A stretch of DNA of 64,000 nt from Actibacterium ureilyticum (GTDB taxonomy: Bacteria > Pseudomonadota > Alphaproteobacteria > Rhodobacterales > Rhodobacteraceae), in assembly GCF_002285435.1 (NCBI RefSeq), contig NZ_NSBT01000037.1, positions 1,006,313-1,070,312 on the forward strand. The letters run 5' to 3'. The notes beneath the pieces were generated by a model. The model did no database searches. It had not been told where the DNA came from and was given only the letters and a program-made list of their open reading frames with translations. Numbering within the stretch: position 1 is the first letter of the stretch; each line of letters opens with the position of its first letter. The translations under genes were made by a program, and so were the position numbers. Shown piece after piece: positions 52,385 through 62,493 of the stretch.

Positions 52385-52818
52385 GCGCCCTGCTCCTTGG
52401 GCCGTTCGACGGTGAAGGCCCCCGTCGCGGTCGCCACCGGCCTTGCGTCGTCGTCATCCGTCGCCGTGGCGCGCACAAAGGCCACGTTGCGTGTGACGTG
52501 GTAACATTCGGCCCGCGCCCGGATCCGCTGTTCGGGCGTCGCGGGACGCATATAGTCGATCCGCAGGTCGATCGTCGCCGTGGCGCTGAGCGTGTCGCCA
52601 TGGCTCATCACCGCCGCGCCGCAACAGGTATCCATCAGCGCCGATACCGCCCCGCCATGGATCACCCGGTTGACGGGATCCCCCACCAGACGGTCGTCAT
52701 AGGGCATCGAGATCTCGGCGACGCCATCTTCGATCCGCTCCAGCCGCATGGAAAGCGCGCGGGAATGCGGAATCGCCTCGATGAATTGGCGGGCAAGCTG
52801 CTCTTTTTGGGTGCTCAT
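52381..52818 (-). CDS. PaaI-family hotdog-fold thioesterase (tandem paralog)
   Basis: IHGGAVSALMD motif; stop overlaps the start of the downstream paralog. Confidence 0.75.
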   Translation of the reverse strand: MSTQKEQLARQFIEAIPHSRALSMRLERIEDGVAEISMPYDDRLVGDPVNRVIHGGAVSALMDTCCGAAVMSHGDTLSATATIDLRIDYMRPATPEQRIRARAECYHVTRNVAFVRATATDDDDARPVATATGAFTVERPKEQGA

Positions 52819-52920
52819 GGGGGCTCCTGCTGGCTGCGCTCAAGTTATTGACCTTGAATAATCGGCTGCAAGTGATAAATACTGATATTGAGAATTATTC
52901 GCATTTAAGGTCAGGCCAGC

Positions 52921-54072
52921 ATGACGGCGCCCGCAGATCCGCAACTGACACATGAACCGATTGCCGCAAACGGGTATTTCGGCCCGTTCCGGCAACGTCG
53001 GCTGCTGGTGGCGCTGATCTATGCCGCGCTGGCGCTGGCCCCGGGCGAGCTGGGCCGGCTGACCCGGTCGCTGATGACCGACGCCTATGTGCAGGTCAGC
53101 GTGTTCGTTGCCGCCACCCTGCTGCTGTTTTATGGCGCCGAGCGTCTGCTGCGGTTCAATATCGGCGAATCCCTGCAAAATGCGCGCGGATTCCAGGTGC
53201 CGCTGGCCGCGCTGCTGGGGGCCACGCCCGGATGCGGCGGGGCCGTGGTGGTGATTGCGGCCTTCAGCTCGGGGCATGTGGGCTTCGGGGCCGTGGTCGC
53301 CGCGCTGACCGCCACGATGGGCGACGCGGCGTTTCTGTTGATCGCCACCCGCCCCGAGGCCGCGCTGGTCGTTCTGCCGCTGTCCTTTGCGGTGGGGATC
53401 GTGTCGGGCTGGGTGGTGGACCGGTTCAACAGGATTTCGTTCGCACCCACATCCGCGGGCAGCTGCGACATCGCCCCCCGGATCGGCCGGACACGGTTGA
53501 AACACCTGCTCTACCTGCTGCCCGCCCTGCCCGGGCTGATCGTCGGCGGCGCGCAGCTGGCACAGATCGAAATCGCGGGGATCCTGGGCCTGCCGATCGG
53601 CTGGTTCGCGATGGCGGGCACGTTCGTGGGCCTGTTCATCTGGGCCACCTCGCCGCTGCAGGCGATGACATCCAGCCAGGACAGCCCCGTTACCCGCATG
53701 GCCGAGGAAACCGCCTTTATCTCGGTCTGGGTGATCGGCGCCTATCTGGCCTATGACTATGCCGCCGAATTCGCCGGGCTGGACATTGCCACCTGGTTCA
53801 ACAGCATCGCGCCGATCCTGCCGCTGGTCGCCATTGTCGTGGGCTTTGTCCCCGGCTGCGGGCCCCAGGTGCTGGTCACGACCCTGTTCCTGAACGGCGC
53901 AATTCCCTTTGCGGCGCTAATCGGCAACGCGATCTCGAACGATGGCGACGCGTTGTTCCCGGCCATCGCGCTGAACCCCCGCGCGGCGATGGTCGCCACG
54001 ATCTATTCCGCGATCCCTGCGCTGATTGTTGCCTATGGCTTCTATTTTCTGGCCCCCGATTTCATGAACTAG
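52921..54072 (+). CDS. Putative 10-TM metal-ion transporter with two inverted TPGCGG / PGCGPQ motifs (ArsP_2/DUF2899-like)
   Basis: 383-aa polytopic membrane protein with an internal inverted-repeat topology carrying two GCG motifs. Family assignment is inferred only. Confidence 0.55.
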   Translation: MTAPADPQLTHEPIAANGYFGPFRQRRLLVALIYAALALAPGELGRLTRSLMTDAYVQVSVFVAATLLLFYGAERLLRFNIGESLQNARGFQVPLAALLGATPGCGGAVVVIAAFSSGHVGFGAVVAALTATMGDAAFLLIATRPEAALVVLPLSFAVGIVSGWVVDRFNRISFAPTSAGSCDIAPRIGRTRLKHLLYLLPALPGLIVGGAQLAQIEIAGILGLPIGWFAMAGTFVGLFIWATSPLQAMTSSQDSPVTRMAEETAFISVWVIGAYLAYDYAAEFAGLDIATWFNSIAPILPLVAIVVGFVPGCGPQVLVTTLFLNGAIPFAALIGNAISNDGDALFPAIALNPRAAMVATIYSAIPALIVAYGFYFLAPDFMN

Positions 54073-54131
54073 AGGGATTTGCCCGAAGCGTTTGCACCGC
54101 AGCCACGAAGCGTCTATTGTGCAAATGCTGA

Positions 54132-54515
54132 ATGGACCCGGTTGAAATGCCCGATCAACACCTGTCTTTCAAAGAGATGTGTGCCAAGTTCGATGTAACC
54201 CCTCGAACGCTCCGGTATTACGAGTATATCGAGCTGCTGCAGCCCGAAAAAGAAGGCCGTTCGCGGTTCTATACCGCGCGCGAGGTCGCACGCATGACGC
54301 TGATCATGCGGGGGCGGCGCTGGGGCTTTTCGCTGGAAGAAATCCGGCAATGGCTGGAGCTTTACGACCAAGAGGGCACATCGGCCCAGATGCGGTCGAT
54401 GGTGGAAAAGGCCGATGCGCAGCTGGTCATCCTGAAGGAACAGCAACAGCAATTGCAGCAGACCATCGACGAGCTGCAATCGATGCGGGACGAGGTCGCC
54501 TCGGGCCTGGACTAG
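54132..54515 (+). CDS. MerR family transcriptional regulator (LiuR-like, no metal-binding Cys)
   Basis: HTH MCAKFDVTPRTLRYYEYIELL and a coiled-coil dimerisation helix; no C-terminal Cys. Confidence 0.8.
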   Translation: MDPVEMPDQHLSFKEMCAKFDVTPRTLRYYEYIELLQPEKEGRSRFYTAREVARMTLIMRGRRWGFSLEEIRQWLELYDQEGTSAQMRSMVEKADAQLVILKEQQQQLQQTIDELQSMRDEVASGLD

Positions 54516-54622
54516 CGTCCGCCGGCCCTTACTCCGCGTCAGCGGCGGAATGACGCCACGTTCCCTTTACGCGCACGTCAACTTCACTTGAAAACCGCCG
54601 GATTTTGCTCATCCTTCCCCGC

Positions 54623-55039
54623 ATGAGGGACGAGACCGACAAGACCACCACCGACGCGCAGATGACGATCCGTCAGATCTGCGACGCCTATGATGTGACA
54701 CCGCGCGCCTTGCGGTTCTATGAATCCAAGGAATTGCTGTTTCCGATCCGCGAGGGCCAGAAACGCCTGTTCACCCGCAGCGACCGCGCCCGGCTGAAGC
54801 TGATCCTGCGCGGCAAGCGTTTCGGGTTCAGCCTCGAGGAAATCCGGCAGCTTCTGAACCTTTACGACGCCGACGACCAGCACCTGACCCAGCTGGAACA
54901 GACCTGCGTCATCGCGCGCGAGCGGCTGGTCGACATGGAGCGGCGCCGCAACGAGCTGGACCTGGCCATCGAAGAGCTTCGGGACCAGCTGAAATGGGGC
55001 GAGGAGAAGGTCGCCTCGCTCAAGACACAAGAAAACTGA
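54623..55039 (+). CDS. MerR family transcriptional regulator (paralog of the upstream MerR; start uncertain 54605/54623/54662)
   Basis: [24 protein letters not shown]; about 45% identical to the upstream MerR. Confidence 0.75.
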   Translation: MRDETDKTTTDAQMTIRQICDAYDVTPRALRFYESKELLFPIREGQKRLFTRSDRARLKLILRGKRFGFSLEEIRQLLNLYDADDQHLTQLEQTCVIARERLVDMERRRNELDLAIEELRDQLKWGEEKVASLKTQEN

Positions 55040-55059
55040 TCGTTTCAGGGAGGACCAAC

Positions 55060-56835
55060 ATGCCCAGCTACACACCGCCGACGAAGGATCTGCAATTCGT
55101 TCTGCACGACCTGCTGAAGGTCAGCGAAAGCACGATCCCCGGCTATGCCGATCTGGACCCCGATTTCACCAGCGCCATCCTGGAAGAGGCCGGCAAGATC
55201 ACCAGCCAGGTTCTGGCGCCCCTGAACGCGGTGGGCGACACCGAAGGCTGCGTGCTGGAAAACGGCGTGGTGCGCACGCCGACCGGCTTCAAAGAGGCGT
55301 TCGAACAGGTCAAGGAAGGCGGCTGGACCGGCCTCGACTGCGATCCCGAATATGGCGGCCAGGGCATGCCCTATGTCATGGGCACAGCGGTGGGCGAGAT
55401 GTTCTCCGGCGCCAACCAGGCCTTCACCATGTATCAAGGCCTGACGCATGGCGCCTATTCGGCCATTCACGCGCACGGGTCGGACGCACAAAAGGCCACC
55501 TATCTGCCGAACATGGTCAGCTGCGAATGGACCGGCACCATGAACCTGACCGAGCCGCATTGCGGTACCGATCTGGGCCTGATGCGCACCAAGGCCGTGC
55601 CGCAGGGCGACGGCACCTATAAGATTTCGGGCCAGAAGATCTTCATCTCGGCCGGCGATCACGACATGTCCAGCAACGTGATCCATCTGGTCCTGGCCAA
55701 GATCCCCGGCGGACCCGAAGGGATCAAGGGCGTCAGCCTGTTCATCGTGCCCAAGTTCCTGGTGAAGGAAGACGGCTCCCTGGGCGAGCGCAACGGTGTC
55801 TCGGTCGGCAAGATCGAGGAAAAGATGGGCATCCACGGCAACTCGACCTGCGTCATGAACTATGACGAGGCGACGGGGTATCTGCTGGGTACCGAACACA
55901 AGGGCATGCGCGCCATGTTCACCATGATGAACGAGGCCCGCCTGGGCGTCGGCATGCAGGGTATGGCCCAGGCCGAAGCCGCCTATCAGAACGCGCTGGA
56001 ATACGCCAAGGACCGGCTGCAGGGCCGCGATGTAACCGGCGCCAAAAATCCCGACGGCCCCGCCGATCCGCTGATCGTGCACCCCGATATCCGCCGCAAC
56101 CTGATGGATCAGAAATCCTTCGTCGAAGGCGCGCGCGCCTTCCTGCTGTGGGGCGCCTCGCTGATCGACCAGGCGCATCGGTCCGAAGATGCCGAGGCCG
56201 ATGGCCTGATCTCGCTGATGACGCCTGTTATCAAGGGCTTCCTGACCGATCGCGGCTTCGAATGCGCGATCAACGCCCAACAGGTCTATGGCGGCCACGG
56301 CTATATCGAGGAATGGGGCATGTCCCAATTCGCCCGCGACGCCCGCATCACCCAGATCTACGAGGGTGCGAACGGCGTACAGGCGCTGGACCTGGTTGGC
56401 CGGAAACTGGCCCAGGATGGCGGCAAGCATGTGATGGCCTTCTTCGAGATGGTGAAAGCCTTCTGCAAGGACAATGCCGAGGTCGAGGGCATGGCCGAAT
56501 TCGTTGAGCCACTCAAAAAGGCCAGCAAGGACCTGCAAGCGGCGGGCATGTATTTCATGCAGAACGGCATGAAGAACCCTAACCACGCGCTGGCCGGGTC
56601 CTATGACTTCATGACCATGATGGGCCATGTCTGCCTTGGGCTGATGTGGGGCCGCATGGCGCGCGCTTCGCTGGACGCTTTGGCCGCAGGGGCCAGCGAC
56701 ACGGTCTTCTATGAAACCAAGCTGGCCACCGGGCGCTATTACATGGCGCGCCAATTGCCCGCCACCGCAATGCACTTGGCCCGGATCGAAAGCGGGGCCG
56801 ACACAGTTATGGCGCTGGAGGCGGCGAACTTCTAG
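55060..56835 (+). CDS. Long-chain acyl-CoA dehydrogenase (FadE-like, with C-terminal ACAD extension)
   Basis: GGGAGG RBS; 591 aa with ACAD N-terminal, middle and C-terminal domains plus an extra C-terminal domain. Confidence 0.9.
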   Translation: MPSYTPPTKDLQFVLHDLLKVSESTIPGYADLDPDFTSAILEEAGKITSQVLAPLNAVGDTEGCVLENGVVRTPTGFKEAFEQVKEGGWTGLDCDPEYGGQGMPYVMGTAVGEMFSGANQAFTMYQGLTHGAYSAIHAHGSDAQKATYLPNMVSCEWTGTMNLTEPHCGTDLGLMRTKAVPQGDGTYKISGQKIFISAGDHDMSSNVIHLVLAKIPGGPEGIKGVSLFIVPKFLVKEDGSLGERNGVSVGKIEEKMGIHGNSTCVMNYDEATGYLLGTEHKGMRAMFTMMNEARLGVGMQGMAQAEAAYQNALEYAKDRLQGRDVTGAKNPDGPADPLIVHPDIRRNLMDQKSFVEGARAFLLWGASLIDQAHRSEDAEADGLISLMTPVIKGFLTDRGFECAINAQQVYGGHGYIEEWGMSQFARDARITQIYEGANGVQALDLVGRKLAQDGGKHVMAFFEMVKAFCKDNAEVEGMAEFVEPLKKASKDLQAAGMYFMQNGMKNPNHALAGSYDFMTMMGHVCLGLMWGRMARASLDALAAGASDTVFYETKLATGRYYMARQLPATAMHLARIESGADTVMALEAANF

Positions 56836-56890
56836 GCTTTGGCAAACGGGCCCGGTCATTCCGGGCCCCGCCGCAACAGGGAGATTTGCA

Positions 56891-57103
56891 ATGCCGAAAC
56901 GTTTCCGCCTGACCCGCCGCTTTCCATGCGCCATGACCGAAGACGGCTATCGCCGCCTGCGCCGTTTCGCGCAAGAGGCCGGGCTGGACGAGGGCGAGGC
57001 GCTGTCCTTCCTGTTCGAGAATTTCGACAGCGTGACGGATACCGATAACCTGACCCACAGGCTGCGGCTCCTCAACGCGGAACTGGAGGCGCGCAAACGC
57101 TGA
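56891..57103 (+). CDS. Small basic hypothetical protein (70 aa) within the beta-oxidation operon
   Basis: GGGAGA RBS 8 nt before ATG; MPKRFRLTRRFPCAMTEDGYRRLRRFAQEAGLDEGEALSFLFENF...; possibly RHH-like. Confidence 0.5.
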   Translation: MPKRFRLTRRFPCAMTEDGYRRLRRFAQEAGLDEGEALSFLFENFDSVTDTDNLTHRLRLLNAELEARKR

Positions 57104-57374
57104 ACGCGGCGCCAACGGTCAAGGGAGGAATTGAGTATTTGGACCAAGAAGAAGACAGCAGATGTGACATTCCGCCAGCCGGCACGCAAGCGGCGGGCCG
57201 ACGGAATGCCTTCTCCTTGGGCGGTCATCGGCTCTCCAGCCTGTACCGCAAACCCAAGGCTAGACCGGGTTGGTTAATGAAGCCTGAACCTGCCCCTTCT
57301 TCTTGGCGAAAATACTCCACGGGGGTGCGGGGGTGTGAAACCCCCGCCGCAACAGCAGGGATGAAGGACCACCG

Positions 57375-58010
57375 ATGAGCATGCGACTGCACTGTTTCGG
57401 CGAAAGCGGCCATTCCTACAAGGTCGCGCTGATGATGGAACTGGCCGGGATCGACTGGGAGCCGGTCTTTGTCGACTTCTTCAATGGCGAGGCACGCTCG
57501 ACCGCCTATCGCGAAACCGTCAACGCCATGGGCGAGGCCCCGGTGCTGGTCGATGGCGACCTGAAGCTGTCGCAATCGGGCGTCATCCAGCAATACCTGG
57601 TCGACAGGTTCGGCAAATTCGGCGGCGCGCCCGACGACAAGTACGAGGTGCTGCGCTGGGTGCTGTGGGACAATCACAAACTGTCCAGCCAGGTCGGTGC
57701 AACGCGGTTCCTGATGAATTTCCTGCCCCCGGACAAGCGCCCGGGCGAGGTGATCGCGTTCCTGCAGGGCCGCTGCAAGGCCGCGTTCAGCGTTTTGGAA
57801 AATCACCTTCAGGGACGCGACTGGATCGTGGGCGAAGGCCCGACCGTCGCCGATCTGAGCTGCTGCAGCTATCTGTATTACCCCGAACCCTTCGGCTTCG
57901 ACCGCGCCGACTGGCCCCATATCGACGCCTGGCTCACGCGCATCAGCGCCCTGCCCGGCTGGAAACACCCCTATGACCTGATGCCGGGTTCGCCCGCCGA
58001 TCGGGCCTAA
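57375..58010 (+). CDS. Glutathione S-transferase family protein
   Basis: N-terminal thioredoxin-like and C-terminal helical GST domains; GAAGGA RBS. Confidence 0.8.
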   Translation: MSMRLHCFGESGHSYKVALMMELAGIDWEPVFVDFFNGEARSTAYRETVNAMGEAPVLVDGDLKLSQSGVIQQYLVDRFGKFGGAPDDKYEVLRWVLWDNHKLSSQVGATRFLMNFLPPDKRPGEVIAFLQGRCKAAFSVLENHLQGRDWIVGEGPTVADLSCCSYLYYPEPFGFDRADWPHIDAWLTRISALPGWKHPYDLMPGSPADRA

Positions 58011-58027
58011 CCAAAAAGAGGCAAAAC

Positions 58028-59239
58028 ATGACCGAAGCCTATATCTATGACGCCGTGCGCACCCCGCGCGGCAAGGGCCGCAAGGATGGCGCCCTGCACG
58101 AGGTGACCAGCGTGCGCCTGTCGAGCCAGGTGCTGAACGCGCTGAAAGACCGCAACAACCTGGACGGCCATGCGGTCGAGGATGTGATCTGGGGCAACGT
58201 GACCCAGGTGGGCGAACAGGGTGGCTGTCTGGCGCGGACCGCCGTGCTGGCCAGCGATCTGGACGAATCCATCCCCGGGCTGGCCATCAACCGTTTCTGC
58301 GCCAGCGGGATGGAGGCCGTGAACCTGGCCGCCAATCAGGTCAAGGGCGGCGCGGGCGAGGCCTATATCGCCGGCGGGGTCGAGATGATGGGCCGCGTGG
58401 CCATGGGCAGCGACGGCGCGGCGATTGCCGTCGATCCGTCGGTCGCCATGAACACCTATTTCGTGCCGCAAGGCATCTCGGCCGATATCATCGCCACCGA
58501 ATACGGCTTCACCCGCGACGATGCCGATGCGCTGGCCGTGGAATCCCAGAACCGCGCCGCCGCAGCCTGGGCCGACAACCGGTTCGAAAAGTCGATCATC
58601 ACCGTGCGCGACCAGAACGGGTTGCCGATCCTGGAGCATGACGAATACATGCGCCCCGGCACCGACATGCAGGCGCTGGGCAGCCTGAAGGCCAGCTTCA
58701 AGGATATGGGCGAGGTCATGCCCGGCTTCGACAAGATCGCACTGATGAAATATCCGCATCTCGAGGCGATCAACCACATCCACCACGCGGGCAACAGCTC
58801 GGGCATCGTGGACGGCTCTGCCGGGGTGCTGATCGGCAACGCGGAGTTCGGCAAGAAATACGGGCTGAAGCCGCGCGCGCGCATCCGCCAGACCTGCAAG
58901 ATCGGGACGGATCCCACCATCATGCTGACCGGCCCGGTGCCCGCCACGCAAAAGATCCTGGCCGATAGCGGCATGAGCATCGGCGATATCGACCTGTTCG
59001 AGGTGAACGAGGCCTTTGCCAGCGTCGTGCTGCGGTTCCAGCAGGCCTTCGATGTCGATCCCGCACTGGTCAACGTGAATGGCGGCTCGATCGCCATGGG
59101 CCACCCGCTGGGCGCCACCGGTGCGATCATCATCGGCACGCTGCTGGACGAGCTGGAGCGCAGCGACAAAGAGGTCGGCCTTGCCACGCTCTGCATCGCA
59201 TCCGGCATGGGTGCGGCCACCATCATCGAACGCGTCTGA
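58028..59239 (+). CDS. fadA: Acetyl-CoA C-acyltransferase (3-ketoacyl-CoA thiolase)
   Basis: Thiolase active-site Cys (NRFCASGM), C-terminal GGSIAMGHPLGATG and catalytic Cys region. Confidence 0.9.
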   Translation: MTEAYIYDAVRTPRGKGRKDGALHEVTSVRLSSQVLNALKDRNNLDGHAVEDVIWGNVTQVGEQGGCLARTAVLASDLDESIPGLAINRFCASGMEAVNLAANQVKGGAGEAYIAGGVEMMGRVAMGSDGAAIAVDPSVAMNTYFVPQGISADIIATEYGFTRDDADALAVESQNRAAAAWADNRFEKSIITVRDQNGLPILEHDEYMRPGTDMQALGSLKASFKDMGEVMPGFDKIALMKYPHLEAINHIHHAGNSSGIVDGSAGVLIGNAEFGKKYGLKPRARIRQTCKIGTDPTIMLTGPVPATQKILADSGMSIGDIDLFEVNEAFASVVLRFQQAFDVDPALVNVNGGSIAMGHPLGATGAIIIGTLLDELERSDKEVGLATLCIASGMGAATIIERV

Positions 59240-59255
59240 TCGGGGGGACAGGAAC

Positions 59256-61454
59256 ATGACCGATTTCACAATGAAAACCGATGCGGACGGCGTTGCCATC
59301 ATCACATGGGACACCGTCGGCAAATCCATGAATGTCATGACGATGGACGGCTGGCCGCTGCTGGAAAGCCTGGTCGATCAGGCGCTGGCCGATGGCGCGG
59401 TCAAGGGCATCATCATCACCAGCGGGAAAGAGGGCTCTTTCGCCGGTGGCATGGATCTGAACGTCATCGCCAAGATGAAGGAAAGCGCGGGCGACAACCC
59501 CGCCAAGGGGCTGATGGACGGGCTGATGAACGCCCACGGCATCCTGCGCAAGATCGAGCGCGCGGGTATGGACCCCAAGACCAACAAGGGCGGCAAGCCG
59601 ATTGCCGCAGCCCTGCCCGGCACCGCGCTGGGGATCGGTCTGGAAATCCCGCTGGCGTGTCACCGGATCTTTGCCGCCGACAATCCCAGGGCCAAGATCG
59701 GCCTGCCCGAAATCATGGTCGGCATCTTTCCCGGCATGGGCGGCACCACACGGCTGGTGCGCAAGATGGGCGCGATGGCGGCGGCCCCGCTGCTGCTCGA
59801 GGGCAAGCTGAACACCCCCGCCAAGGCCAAGGCCGCCGGTGTGGTGGACGAGGTGGTGCCCGCCGACGAGTTGATCGCCAAGGCCAAGGAATGGGTCCTG
59901 TCCGAGCCGAAGATCGTGAAGCCCTGGGATGAAAAGGGGTACAAGATGCCCGGCGGCGCGCCCTATCACCCGGCGGGCTTCATGACCTTTGTCGGCGCCA
60001 GCGCGATGGTCAACGGCAAGACCCAGGGCGTCTATCCGGCGGCCAAGGCGCTGCTCAGCGCGGTGTACGAAGGCGCGCTGGTGCCCTTTGATACCGCCCT
60101 GAAGATCGAGGCGCGCTGGTTCACCAATGTGCTGATGAACCCCTCGTCATCCGCGATGATCCGGTCGCTGTTCATCAACAAGGAAGCGCTGGAAAAGGGT
60201 GCCAACCGTCCGGCGGTCGATGACCAGACGGTGAAAAAGGTCGGCGTTCTGGGCGCGGGCATGATGGGCGCGGGCATCGCGCTGGTCTCGGCCCTGGCGG
60301 GGATCGAGGTTGTGCTGATCGACCGCGACCAGGAAGCCGCCGACAAGGGCAAGGCCTATACCACCGCCTATATGGACAAGGGAATCTCGCGCAAGAAAGC
60401 CACGCCCGAGAAGAAGGAGCAGGTGCTGGCGCAGATCACCGCCACTACCGACCTGAACGCGCTGGCCGGTTGCGACCTGATCGTCGAGGCCGTGTTCGAA
60501 GACGTGGGCGTCAAGGCCGAGATGACGAAGGCGGTCGAGGCCATCGTGGGCGAGGATTGCATCTTTGCCACCAACACCTCGACCCTGCCGATCACGGAAC
60601 TGGCCAAGGCCAGCGTGCGGCCCGAGCAGTTCATCGGCATCCATTTCTTCAGCCCCGTCGACAAGATGATGCTGGTGGAAATCATCAAGGGCCAGCAGAC
60701 CGGCGACCCGGCCGTGGCCAAGGCGCTCGATTTCGTGCGCCAGATCCGCAAGACCCCGATCGTTGTGAACGATGCGCGCTTCTTCTATGCCAACCGCTGC
60801 ATCATCCCTTACATCAACGAAGGCATCCGCATGGTGGCCGAGGGCGTCGCGCCCGCGCTGATCGAAAACGCGGCCAAGCTGGTCGGCATGCCGCTGGGCC
60901 CGCTGCAGCTGGTGGACGAAACCTCGATCGATCTGGGCGTCAAGATCGCCAAGGCGACCAAGGCGGCGATGGGCGATGCCTATCCCGATGGGGCGGTGGA
61001 TGACGTTCTGTTCTGGATGTTCGACCAGGGCCGTCTGGGCCGGAAATCGGCTGCCGGTTTCTATGCCTATGACGACAAGGGTAAGCGCGCGGGGCTGTGG
61101 GACGGTCTGGCCGCGCAATACCGCCAGGCCGACGATCAGCCCGACGTGACGACGGTGCAGCACCGTCTGCTGTTCGCGCAGGTGCTGGAAGCCGTCCGGG
61201 CGCTGGAAGAGGGCGTGCTGGAAGACATCCGCGAAGGCGACGTGGGCGCGATACTGGGCTGGGGCTTTGCCCCCTGGTCGGGCGGGCCGTTCAGCTGGCT
61301 GGACATGATCGGCGCGGGCAAAGCGGTGGAGCTGTGCGATGCGCTGACCGCCACATATGGCGAACGCTTCGCCACCCCCGCCCTGCTGCGTGAGATGGCC
61401 GAGAAAGGCCAGACATTCTATGGCCGGTTCGGGACGCAGGCCAAGGCCGCCTGA
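59256..61454 (+). CDS. fadB: Fatty-acid oxidation complex alpha subunit (enoyl-CoA hydratase/3-hydroxyacyl-CoA dehydrogenase)
   Basis: 732 aa with an N-terminal crotonase fold and a C-terminal NAD-binding 3HCDH domain (VGVLGAGMMGAGIA). Confidence 0.9.
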   Translation: MTDFTMKTDADGVAIITWDTVGKSMNVMTMDGWPLLESLVDQALADGAVKGIIITSGKEGSFAGGMDLNVIAKMKESAGDNPAKGLMDGLMNAHGILRKIERAGMDPKTNKGGKPIAAALPGTALGIGLEIPLACHRIFAADNPRAKIGLPEIMVGIFPGMGGTTRLVRKMGAMAAAPLLLEGKLNTPAKAKAAGVVDEVVPADELIAKAKEWVLSEPKIVKPWDEKGYKMPGGAPYHPAGFMTFVGASAMVNGKTQGVYPAAKALLSAVYEGALVPFDTALKIEARWFTNVLMNPSSSAMIRSLFINKEALEKGANRPAVDDQTVKKVGVLGAGMMGAGIALVSALAGIEVVLIDRDQEAADKGKAYTTAYMDKGISRKKATPEKKEQVLAQITATTDLNALAGCDLIVEAVFEDVGVKAEMTKAVEAIVGEDCIFATNTSTLPITELAKASVRPEQFIGIHFFSPVDKMMLVEIIKGQQTGDPAVAKALDFVRQIRKTPIVVNDARFFYANRCIIPYINEGIRMVAEGVAPALIENAAKLVGMPLGPLQLVDETSIDLGVKIAKATKAAMGDAYPDGAVDDVLFWMFDQGRLGRKSAAGFYAYDDKGKRAGLWDGLAAQYRQADDQPDVTTVQHRLLFAQVLEAVRALEEGVLEDIREGDVGAILGWGFAPWSGGPFSWLDMIGAGKAVELCDALTATYGERFATPALLREMAEKGQTFYGRFGTQAKAA

Positions 61455-61475
61455 ACCACATCACCCGAAACGAAA

Positions 61476-61509
61476 AAAAGGCGCGCCAACATGGCGCGCC
61501 TTTGTCGTG
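61476..61509 (+). terminator. Rho-independent terminator after fadB
   Basis: ggcgcgccaacatggcgcgcc followed by tttgtcg, preceded by an A-tract (possibly bidirectional). Confidence 0.75.
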
Positions 61510-61596
61510 GAGGGAAGGGTGACTTATATACAGATCAAAAGGTATGGATAAAATGAGGGAAGGTGCGGCGGGTAAGACCGCAGGGGAGTAAACTTT

Positions 61597-62262
61597 TCAG
61601 GGCTCCTCGGCCCGGCTTTCGGGGATGACATGTTGCAGATCGTCGATCACGGCCTGCATCTCGGTTTCGGGCAAGGTGCCATAGGCGGTTTCGGCGCCGC
61701 CGAAGATCACATCTTCGATCAGGGCGGGCTGGTGCGTATCGTGCGCGAGACAGAAGACCAGCGCCGAGCCGTTCACGAACAGCACCTGATCGACCGCGAA
61801 ATGCAGCGTGACGATCTCCAGCGGTTCGGTCGGGGCCTGCGCCCGGATCTGACGCGTGCCGTTCAGGGCGCGCGCCGGGATCATGGCAAAGGGGTCGTCG
61901 TAAAGCTCTTCCGCCAGGTCGGATTCCAGCATGACGCAAGCATTGCTGAGCAGCGTCAGCGGCGTCACATTGTCCAGCGCGCCGACCGGGACATGCAGCG
62001 GCCACAGCTCTTGCGGGCAGTGATCCGCCGATGTCCACAGCCGCCCGCTGGAGACCTGGGCAACAGGTTGCATGCCATTGTCGAATGTCAGGACCAGATC
62101 GCCCGCTTTCAGCGATTGCACCGGCCGCCATCCCATCGGCGTTCCGACACAGGTGCCCGCGACCAGGCCCGTTTCGATCATCTGTGAAGCGTCGGCCAAG
62201 GCGGGCAGCGCTGGCGTGGGCTGCGATGCAGCCTCGATCCGCGTTTTCCATCCCGTCTGCAT
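61597..62262 (-). CDS. Hint (Hedgehog/intein) domain-containing protein
   Basis: LVAGTCVGTPMGWRPVQSLKAGDLVLTFDNG is the Hint-domain start typical of Rhodobacterales Hint proteins. Confidence 0.7.
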   Translation of the reverse strand: MQTGWKTRIEAASQPTPALPALADASQMIETGLVAGTCVGTPMGWRPVQSLKAGDLVLTFDNGMQPVAQVSSGRLWTSADHCPQELWPLHVPVGALDNVTPLTLLSNACVMLESDLAEELYDDPFAMIPARALNGTRQIRAQAPTEPLEIVTLHFAVDQVLFVNGSALVFCLAHDTHQPALIEDVIFGGAETAYGTLPETEMQAVIDDLQHVIPESRAEEP

Positions 62263-62493
62263 TTCCGGCTCTCCATCCGGAAGGTCTGGCCACCGATCCG
62301 GTCCGGGTTGTCAGTCATCGACGGGGGCGTGGCAGCGCCTTCCCGCCTTGGTTGAAACAATGAAACGCCCCGACCGTGCCGAGATATGGGCGTGAATGTG
62401 GTCAGATTGCGGCACTGTTTCGCTTTGGACAACAGTTTTACTAAAAAATGGAAACTGATCGCGAAATTTCGCCTGCGAAATTCCAAAACCTAT

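Noticed and set aside
54516-54604. Palindromic MerR operator between the two MerR genes
   Set aside because: Candidate GTCAAC/TTGAA segments are not truly self-complementary when reverse-complemented.
55045-56934. 629-aa minus-strand ORF opposite the acyl-CoA dehydrogenase
   Set aside because: Antisense artefact with no motifs.
57139-57378. 79-aa + ORF in the small-ORF/GST intergenic region
   Set aside because: TTG start without RBS, Arg/Pro-rich. The region is better explained by the hairpin+CCCCGCCGCAACAG regulatory motif.
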